Shown here: positions 1 through 6,556 of the stretch, piece by piece
Numbering within the stretch: position 1 is the stretch's first letter
Layout of the letters: each line of letters opens with the position of its first letter
NCBI GenBank assembly: GCA_041736305.1
Contig: JBGSTX010000059.1
Location: 1-16,074, forward strand
Source: Oligoflexus sp.
GTDB lineage: Bacteria > Bdellovibrionota_B > Oligoflexia > Oligoflexales > Oligoflexaceae
DNA length: 16,074 nt
Reading direction: 5' to 3'
Notes under the pieces: generated by a model
Seen by the model: only the letters and a program-made list of their open reading frames with translations
The model's database searches: none
Told to the model about the DNA's origin: nothing
Made by a program: the position numbers and the translations under genes

Positions 1-139
1 TACGCCTATTTACGATTTTTGATACGATGGCTTCTTTGAATTCTTTGGAATAGGTCGACCGTTTTCCCACTTGTCTGTTCTTGCTCGCCCGCTTTAAGTT
101 AAATCTGAGTTAAGCGACAGGTACCGTGAAACAGGGGGG
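1..139 (-). mobile_element. Left end of a probable IS3-family-like insertion sequence extending beyond the left window edge
   Basis: A transposase-like N-terminus reads off the window edge (2..70, minus). The + strand at 114-139 (GCGACAGGTACCGTGAAACAGGGGGG) resembles, from memory, the GCGACAACTAnCCTGACACAGGGGG-type terminus of some IS3-like elements. The exact boundary is uncertain. Confidence 0.5.
2..70 (-). CDS. Transposase N-terminus (HTH_Tnp_1-like), partial, runs off the window
   Basis: Manual translation from GTG at 70 gives MGKRSTYSKEFKEAIVSKIVNRR, with no stop before the edge. It matches the 'R..YS.EFK..IV' start typical of IS3 OrfA proteins. Confidence 0.6.
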   Translation of the reverse strand, partial: MGKRSTYSKEFKEAIVSKIVNRR

Positions 140-253
140 AATAGCCCAGTCATAAAGTGTAAAAGGATTTTTTTTTCGAAAGGTTTTCGGCTTTTACTAG
201 GCATTTTGACTTAAGAGATGTAAGGGCTCTTTATAGTTTCGGAGGGCAGAAGA

Positions 254-1465
254 ATGAGCCTGATGTCTACATCGTTGAATCCCTATGCTGCCCTCGCTTG
301 CATTCTTGAGGAAAGCTCACTCTTAGCCTCGACGCGCCTGCCCCTTGCTAAAGCTTCGCAACGCATTCTGCGGGAGTGTATTTCTGCACCTTCCGATCTT
401 CCTCTCAGCGATCGCGTTGCGAAGAACGGAATCGCTATCTCCTGGCGCGATGGGGCCATGAGTTGGTATGCGGCAGGGCAGCAGACAGCTGGAGCAGCAG
501 CGAGCCAGCTGCTAGATCCTGAAGGAGCGATCGAGGTCGTCTCCGGCGCCATTCGCCCTCGAGGCACCGATACAGTTATCCCTTACGAGTATCTGGAAAA
601 GCTGACGGGAGGTTGGCAGCTCAGAGCTGGTTCCACCCTCAGTAAGAGTCACGGTATACAACGTCGAGGCTGTGATCATCGCCGGGGCGATGTTTTGCTT
701 TATCCGATGACCCTATTGCAAGCACCAGAACTCTGCCTCCTCGCTATCTTGGGTCTAAGCGATGTCGCCGTCACATCGATTCCTCGCGTAGGTTTGATCA
801 GCAAAGGGGGAGAACTTGTGCCTTGGCACACGGACCCACTGCCGCATCAAACGCGTGAGAGTAACAGCTTGGGGGCCGAGATTTGTCTTCGTGCCCACGG
901 TTTTTCAGAAATTGTGCGTTACCATGCTTGTGATGATGAAGCAGATTTCGAGCAGGTTGCGGGTGAAGCGTTCGCCACTTGCGATCTTGTCGTTATCAGC
1001 GGTGGCGTCAGCGAAGGCGTGCGGGATACAGTTCCTTATGCCTTACGCAGGCTCGGAGTGCGTGAAATCTTTCATCAAGTAGGACAGGCTCCTGGTAAAG
1101 GTTTCTACTTCGGGAAAGCTGGCAATTGTTTAGTTTTTGCTCTACCTGGTCAAGCGATTGCTGCAATGATGAGCCTTCGTCGCTATGTTGTTCCTGCACT
1201 TGCAAAGCTTGAAGGACGCTCTTTACCTGGACTGAGCCTCAAGCTTTTAGATAGATCGGAAGCCGATGATCGGCTTGAGCTTATGCTGCCCTGCAGTCTT
1301 GAATTCGACCATCACGGCCAGATGCTAGGGCGCATCTGCTCGACGCGACATTCAGCGGATATAGCCTCGCTTCGGGAATCCAGAGGCTTTGTAGCCTTGC
1401 TCCCGCGCGAGCAAGCCTACGAGCCTGGCGAGGTGGTTCCCTACTACCCCTGGGCGCCGCTCTAA
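254..1465 (+). CDS. moeA: Molybdopterin molybdotransferase MoeA/gephyrin-E family protein, divergent at several conserved motifs
   Basis: 403 aa, GGAGG RBS at 241-245. Collinear MoeA motifs: DLPLSDRVAKNGIAI, SGAIRPRGTDTVIPYE, PRVGLISKGGEL, RESN, DLVVISGGVSEGVRD, QAPGKG, VFALPGQ, HSAD. Confidence 0.85.
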   Translation: MSLMSTSLNPYAALACILEESSLLASTRLPLAKASQRILRECISAPSDLPLSDRVAKNGIAISWRDGAMSWYAAGQQTAGAAASQLLDPEGAIEVVSGAIRPRGTDTVIPYEYLEKLTGGWQLRAGSTLSKSHGIQRRGCDHRRGDVLLYPMTLLQAPELCLLAILGLSDVAVTSIPRVGLISKGGELVPWHTDPLPHQTRESNSLGAEICLRAHGFSEIVRYHACDDEADFEQVAGEAFATCDLVVISGGVSEGVRDTVPYALRRLGVREIFHQVGQAPGKGFYFGKAGNCLVFALPGQAIAAMMSLRRYVVPALAKLEGRSLPGLSLKLLDRSEADDRLELMLPCSLEFDHHGQMLGRICSTRHSADIASLRESRGFVALLPREQAYEPGEVVPYYPWAPL

Positions 1466-1572
1466 AATTTTGGATGCTCTTCAGCTAAAGATGTCACTTC
1501 ATTTTGTAAGCTTGGGGGGTTAAGTCTAGTTCAAGCAGATAGAGAGACCAAGACCGAGATTGGAGTCTGAAG

Positions 1573-1983
1573 ATGGTACAACTGTGGGCACTCATTCTAG
1601 TCTTTTGGAGTCAAATTGTGATGGGTCAGGATATGCACTCGCAGATCACGCGCGAAGAAGCCACCGAAGAAGCACTGCGTCTGGTTCTCAGCGATAGCAG
1701 TAGCCCGGAGTCGCCTTTAGCCATCGTCCGCGCTTGTTTCGGCGCGAAGGCATTGAGTGATAAAGCTGCGCGCTTGTTACTGAAAGAGCAGCTCGAGAAG
1801 AGCAGCACCCGTTTCTCGCTCTATACCGGAACCGAAGAGAATATACCCTCGCCTGAGTTTGGGGAAGACCCTGAGGCGAACTGGATTTTTCTCCTCGAGA
1901 TACCAAGCTTATCCGATCACTACTTTTGGATCGTCATCAATAAGAAGCGCGAGCGTGCTTCGAGCGTTTACGGTTTCAACTGA
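1573..1983 (+). CDS. Hypothetical exported protein (136 aa)
   Basis: GGAG RBS at 1562-1565. Hydrophobic N-terminus MVQLWALILVFWSQIVMG resembles a signal peptide. No family recognised. Confidence 0.7.
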   Translation: MVQLWALILVFWSQIVMGQDMHSQITREEATEEALRLVLSDSSSPESPLAIVRACFGAKALSDKAARLLLKEQLEKSSTRFSLYTGTEENIPSPEFGEDPEANWIFLLEIPSLSDHYFWIVINKKRERASSVYGFN

Positions 1984-2071
1984 AGGGGAAGGGGAAGAGA
2001 AGGGAAAAACGCGACCTCATCTCAAACAAGACTTGGCCGCGATTTTAGAATTTTGGCTTTCCGATTCTTGC

Positions 2072-2527
2072 TCAGGGAGCAGGAGCGGCTTCTGTTCCGT
2101 TACCTGTTACCGAAGCTGGATCAGTATTGATGCCGAAGTCGACCACTTCATTTTTACGAATGACGTCGATCAGTTTGACGACCACTTCGTAAGGAGTTTT
2201 GGCATCGGCACTGATATTGGCCGCCAGATTAACTCCCGGCTTCTTCTCACGTTCGGCACGGATCCTCGGGGCGATCTGGTCGAAAGCGAGCTCTTCACCA
2301 TCCATGAAGAGTTTGCCTTGGTTGTTAATAGCGAAATTCAGCGTCTTTTCGTCAGGCTTGATAGGTAGCGCTGACTCAGCTTCAGGTAGCTTCAACTCAA
2401 TCGCTTTGTTAGCAACCAAGGAAGCGGTAACCATGAAGATAATTAGAAGCACGAGCATAATGTCGACCAGTGGGGTCACATTGATGCCGGAAATCTCTTC
2501 TTCGTTGTCAGATATACCAGAAGCCAT
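2072..2527 (-). CDS. exbD: Biopolymer transport protein ExbD/TolR
   Basis: EISGINVTPLVDIMLVLLIIFMVT (conserved TM Asp), I.ADAKTPYEVVV. The start is placed at ATG 2527 because an AAGGAG RBS lies just upstream. Confidence 0.93.
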   Translation of the reverse strand: MASGISDNEEEISGINVTPLVDIMLVLLIIFMVTASLVANKAIELKLPEAESALPIKPDEKTLNFAINNQGKLFMDGEELAFDQIAPRIRAEREKKPGVNLAANISADAKTPYEVVVKLIDVIRKNEVVDFGINTDPASVTGNGTEAAPAP

Positions 2528-2559
2528 GCTACGCACTCCTTATTCAGTCTAGATAAAAG

Positions 2560-2580
2560 AAAAGCCAAAAGCCAAAAGCC
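2560..2580. repeat. Heptanucleotide tandem repeat (AAAAGCC)x3 in the exbB-exbD spacer
   Basis: Three perfect copies at 2560, 2567 and 2574, followed by a degenerate TAAAACC. Confidence 0.8.
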
Positions 2581-2601
2581 TAAAACCAGCGCACATTGAG
2601 T

Positions 2602-3279
2602 TTATGAATTAACGCGCTTACGCGAAGTTTCCGGAAGATAGTCGTCACCAAGTCCAGCCACCAAAGTGTTGATCATCGCCTGAGCGTCAGTCGTGAGAAC
2701 TTTGATACGGCGTTGGAAGTAGTTGAAGGCGATAACAGCTGGAATCGCAACCATCAGACCGACCGCAGTTGCAACCAAGGCTTCGGAGATACCAGCCATA
2801 ACCACCTGGGCACCACCAGCAGGGTTGAGTCCAAGATCATGGAAAGCTTTGATAATACCGAGAACGGTACCGAAGAGACCGATAAAGGGAGCGTTGTTGC
2901 CCAAAGTCGCGAGGACCACCAGACCGCGGTCGAGGTCTTTGCGCTGACGCATGAGGTAACCGTGCATCGCTTCTTGCATCGAGTTGATGCCGGCTTCACG
3001 GTGCGTAACGCCTTCAAGAGCTACTTTAGCTTCAAGGCTGTTAGGGTACTTACCGCAGAGATCTTGAGCCGAAGAAAAATCGCGGACGCGTAGAGTACGG
3101 TAAAATTCTTCTATTGTTTCTTGTTTCAAACGAGTCTGGCGCATGAAGTACCAGAAGCGTTCGATGCCGATCGCAATCGACACGACACTGAGGATGATGA
3201 GCAGCCAGAGTATCCATTCTGTACCCAACAGAGTCATGTTGAGTAGCTGCTCGACGATGTTGAATCCTTTGTGTTCCAT
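2602..3279 (-). CDS. exbB: MotA/TolQ/ExbB proton channel protein
   Basis: LATLGNNAPFIGLFGTVLGIIKAF and AGISEALVATAVGLMVAIPAV motifs. TAAGGAG RBS. Lies between tonB and exbD. Confidence 0.93.
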   Translation of the reverse strand: MEHKGFNIVEQLLNMTLLGTEWILWLLIILSVVSIAIGIERFWYFMRQTRLKQETIEEFYRTLRVRDFSSAQDLCGKYPNSLEAKVALEGVTHREAGINSMQEAMHGYLMRQRKDLDRGLVVLATLGNNAPFIGLFGTVLGIIKAFHDLGLNPAGGAQVVMAGISEALVATAVGLMVAIPAVIAFNYFQRRIKVLTTDAQAMINTLVAGLGDDYLPETSRKRVNS

Positions 3280-3402
3280 GTTCCGCTCTCCTTAAGCTGT
3301 CTCCTGACCTTCACTGATCGTGAGAAGGGTCCAGACGTTTAATAATGCTTACTACCGATCTCAGCCTTGGAAGGCAGAGGAAAAAGTAGAAGAAACCTCA
3401 GT

Positions 3403-4131
3403 TTAACCGGCGAGTTTGAAATCGACCTGAACTTCGCGCCCGACGACTCGAACCGGCTGCCCATTGCTCATGCGTGGAGCGTACTTCCACTTTTTCACAG
3501 CTTTACGTGCATCGCGTTCGAACATGTTGCGCGGGCTTGCATCGACGACTTCGACATTCTCCACGCGACCGTCTTCGGCGATATCGAAACGAACGAGAAC
3601 CCAACCTTCGATACCTTTGAGACGAGCTTCTTCAGGAAACTCAGGATTGACTCGCTCGATGGGTTCGGCATTGGCCGAAACACCGTCGCTGCCATCGGTA
3701 TTGCTGGTGCCGGTACCGACTATGCCGCCGGTGGGATCGTCACCAAAACTCTGAGGGAGATTGTTGGCCACTTCTTCTTCGGGTGGCGCGGGCTCTTCTT
3801 TCGGAGGATCTTTGACGATCGCTCGAGCTGCAGTTTTCTTCTTGGGTTTAGGCTTAGGCTTAGGCTTAGCAATTTCCACAACCTTAGTTTGAGTAATGTT
3901 GGGATTGCCATTGGGGTTGGACAGGATGCGGACTTTGGTAACGCTAGCTTTCTCGACTATGGGCTCACGCATGGAGTCTTTCCAATGCATGATCGCCATG
4001 CTGGCGAAATGGAGACCAACCGAAAGGACCACGGCTAACCAGGTCATGTTGCGATCGATGCCAACTTTGAGATTTTTGAATCTCGAAAGATGTCCAGGGG
4101 ACGCAGGAGCGGTGCTTGAATTGGATTCCAT
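3403..4131 (-). CDS. tonB: Energy transducer TonB
   Basis: N-terminal TM with SxxxH (SVGLH), KP-repeat/Pro-rich linker, and a TonB C-terminal domain (PEFPEEARLKGIEGWVLVRFDI..DGRV....V....P...F...A..AV..W.Y.P). Confidence 0.92.
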   Translation of the reverse strand: MESNSSTAPASPGHLSRFKNLKVGIDRNMTWLAVVLSVGLHFASMAIMHWKDSMREPIVEKASVTKVRILSNPNGNPNITQTKVVEIAKPKPKPKPKKKTAARAIVKDPPKEEPAPPEEEVANNLPQSFGDDPTGGIVGTGTSNTDGSDGVSANAEPIERVNPEFPEEARLKGIEGWVLVRFDIAEDGRVENVEVVDASPRNMFERDARKAVKKWKYAPRMSNGQPVRVVGREVQVDFKLAG

Positions 4132-4242
4132 TCTGGCCTCAGTTACTGGTCTCAGTCAAAAAGGTAGATTCTGGATAGATTCCAGATATTTCCCCCATCA
4201 GCTACCCGTTCTACACGAGCACGCCGACCAACTACACACTTG

Positions 4243-4317
4243 CTTTCGTATCGATTTATAGTCGTCTACATCAAGTCAGGGTAGGGGTTACCCTTCCAGC
4301 CGACTATACACCGAAAG
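4243..4317. other. Nested imperfect inverted repeat (possible structured RNA leader or operator) in the tonB/kup divergent intergenic region
   Basis: Three nested pairings: CTTTCG(4243-4248)/CGAAAG(4312-4317), TATAGTCG(4257-4264)/CGACTATA(4301-4308), AGGGTA(4278-4283)/TACCCT(4289-4294). Confidence 0.5.
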
Positions 4318-4497
4318 GGATTAAAAGGTTGACTAGAATAAGCGATATCGAGAAATATTGGCTCTTCGTTCGTTCATCTAGCCCAGAGATTTTTTCGATC
4401 TCCCTAGGTGATTAAAAGCTATGCTCTTAGGGATTTGAGGGCCTTTATACCTTGCTGAGAATAAAGTGCCAAGTCGAAATTTTGGAGGAAACCCTTC

Positions 4498-6396
4498 TTG
4501 GGCGTCGGTGACAAAGACGAGGAATCGCATAGTAGTCGTTATTTATTCAAGCTTAGTCTGGGCGCGCTCGGCATAGTATTTGGAGACATAGGAACCAGTC
4601 CTCTTTATGCACTACGGGAATGTTTTCACGGTCATGCGGGACTCGCGGTCACCCACGATAACATTCTCGGTATACTCTCGCTCGTCGTCTGGGCTCTTAT
4701 AATTGTCATTTCCCTCAAATACGTTCTCTATGTGATGCGAGCCGACAATCGCGGTGAAGGCGGAGTCTTAGCCCTCATGGCTCTCGCGCATCCCAAGGCT
4801 ACACCCGATCGCGGAGATCCGCGCAAGTTCCTTATCTTTATCGGTCTTTTCGGAGCGTCCCTCCTCTACGGCGACGGCGTGATCACGCCCGCAATTTCAG
4901 TTCTTTCAGCGGTTGAAGGTCTCGAAGTTGCCACGCCATTCTTCAAACCATACGTGGTGCCTATAGCCGTCGTGATACTCGTCCTTCTATTTTTACCCCA
5001 ACGTTTTGGAACGGACCGGATAGGAAAAGCTTTCGGTCCTATCATCACAGTTTGGTTTCTTACCTTGGCGGTCCTCGGTATTCGCAATATAGTCTATAAT
5101 CCTCACGTTTTTCAGGCCGTAAACCCCTACTACGCATTTCACTTTTTCATAGCCAACGGTTGGATCGGGTTTCTTGCACTAGGTACGGTATTCCTCGTGG
5201 TTACCGGCGGCGAAGCCCTCTACGCTGACATAGGACACTTTGGGCGAAAACCAATCAACTTGGCCTGGTTTTTTGTGGTTTTACCCTGTTTGCTTCTCAA
5301 TTATTTAGGTCAAGGAGCCTTGTTGCTGCGGGATCCATCTGCCGTTGAGAATCCATTTTTTCGCATGGCCCCCGCTTGGGCGACCTATCCTCTGGTGATT
5401 CTCTCGACTATGGCTGCAATAATTGCGTCGCAGGCTTTAATTTCGGGAACATACTCGCTGACGCAGCAAGCGATTCAACTGGGCTATCTACCGCGGCAAA
5501 AAATTAAGCATACCTCCAGTCACAAGATTGGTCAAATTTACGTCCCTACCGTCAACCTCATGATGCTCCTCTCTACTGTTGGTCTGGTCCTGCTTTTTCA
5601 ATCATCGAGTAATTTGGCTGCCGCCTATGGTTTGGCTGTGACGGCTACGATGGTTATTACAACCATCCTGATCTACTTTGTGGCGCGTGATCTCTGGGGC
5701 TGGCGCCCCTGGGTTGTGAGCTTGATCACTCTCGGATTCTTCGTCATCGACCTTGGCTTTTTTCTCTCAAACCTGCTTAAACTCCTGCAGGGTGGCTGGA
5801 TACCCCTCGCTCTCGGGATCGCTATTTTCACCTGCATGACGACCTGGCGAAGAGGTCGATACATTCTTGCCCAACGTCTGAAACAAAAAGCTCTGCCGGT
5901 CCAGCTATTCATCGACGAAATCGACCGCCAAGCTGTTCACCGAGTTCCGGGAACGGCAATTTTTATGACGAGTGTCCCTTCGGCAACCCCTCCTTCACTG
6001 CTTCATAATCTGAGGCATAATCACGTTCTCCATGAGCAGACGGTTCTTCTCACAGTTGTGACCGAGTCGATACCCTACGTCGCACCTGACGAGCACGTCG
6101 AAGTACGTGAGGTCTACACAGGCATCTATGCAGTCCTCATGCGCTACGGCTTTATGGAAATACCGGACGTGCCGAATTCCTTAGGGCGGAGTCTCAATCC
6201 CTATTTTGAATTTTCGCCGGAAAAGGTCACCTATTTTCTCGGTCGCGAAACGCTTATCTCAACTGAACGTCCGGGCATGGCTCGCTGGCGTGAGCGCATC
6301 TTCGCCTATATGACAAAAAACAGCCAAAAAGCGACAGACTTCTTCCAGCTGCCTGCCGATCAGGTTTTCGAAATCGGTATCGTCGTCGAACTTTGA
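4498..6396 (+). CDS. kup: Low-affinity potassium uptake transporter Kup
   Basis: LGIVFGDIGTSPLYA, RADNRGEGG, YGDGVITPAISVLSAVEG, TGGEALYADIGHFG, LAAAYGLAV, YFLGRE. TTG start with GGAGG at 4484-4488. Confidence 0.97.
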   Translation: MGVGDKDEESHSSRYLFKLSLGALGIVFGDIGTSPLYALRECFHGHAGLAVTHDNILGILSLVVWALIIVISLKYVLYVMRADNRGEGGVLALMALAHPKATPDRGDPRKFLIFIGLFGASLLYGDGVITPAISVLSAVEGLEVATPFFKPYVVPIAVVILVLLFLPQRFGTDRIGKAFGPIITVWFLTLAVLGIRNIVYNPHVFQAVNPYYAFHFFIANGWIGFLALGTVFLVVTGGEALYADIGHFGRKPINLAWFFVVLPCLLLNYLGQGALLLRDPSAVENPFFRMAPAWATYPLVILSTMAAIIASQALISGTYSLTQQAIQLGYLPRQKIKHTSSHKIGQIYVPTVNLMMLLSTVGLVLLFQSSSNLAAAYGLAVTATMVITTILIYFVARDLWGWRPWVVSLITLGFFVIDLGFFLSNLLKLLQGGWIPLALGIAIFTCMTTWRRGRYILAQRLKQKALPVQLFIDEIDRQAVHRVPGTAIFMTSVPSATPPSLLHNLRHNHVLHEQTVLLTVVTESIPYVAPDEHVEVREVYTGIYAVLMRYGFMEIPDVPNSLGRSLNPYFEFSPEKVTYFLGRETLISTERPGMARWRERIFAYMTKNSQKATDFFQLPADQVFEIGIVVEL

Positions 6397-6402
6397 TTTC
6401 TT

Positions 6403-6442
6403 GCTCGGCCAATTTTCACGAATTGGTCCGACGAGCTTCCTT
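6403..6442 (+). terminator. Possible intrinsic terminator or stem-loop after kup
   Basis: GCCAATT(6408-6414)/AATTGGT(6421-6427) stem with outer GCTCG/CGAGC pairing. The 3' tail (TTCCTT) is only weakly U-rich. Confidence 0.4.
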
Positions 6443-6476
6443 AAAGTATTTATTTTAGGCAAAGTTTTTTCCTTTC

Positions 6477-6496
6477 TTTAATCCTTCTTAATCTTT
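6477..6496 (+). promoter_or_regulatory. Tandem direct repeat TTAATC(C/T)TT with a 10-bp period upstream of the ATPase cluster; candidate transcription-factor site
   Basis: TTTAATCCTT (6477-6486) and CTTAATCTTT (6487-6496), about 60 bp upstream of the ATPase start. Confidence 0.35.
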
Positions 6497-6556
6497 CGCC
6501 ATTATGGTCCCGCAAGCGTCTGCAGCAGGCTTTGTCCAGCGGATACGGGGATAATT

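Noticed and set aside
206-237. TTGACT...TATAGT as a moeA promoter
   Set aside because: The spacer is 20 bp and the start site would fall within the RBS.
1859-2368. 169-aa + strand ORF
   Set aside because: It overlaps the 1573 gene out of frame and exbD antisense, with no RBS or family signal.
3845-3870. (AGGCTT)n tandem repeat
   Set aside because: It encodes the ordinary KPKPKP linker of TonB and is not an independent element.
3367-4038. 223-aa + strand ORF
   Set aside because: It is the antisense shadow of tonB. It has no recognisable motifs, and its LRLRL run is simply the reverse of the KP repeat.
4132-4497. Fur box, cobalamin riboswitch or c-di-AMP (ydaO) riboswitch upstream of tonB/kup
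   Set aside because: No convincing match to any consensus by eye on either strand.
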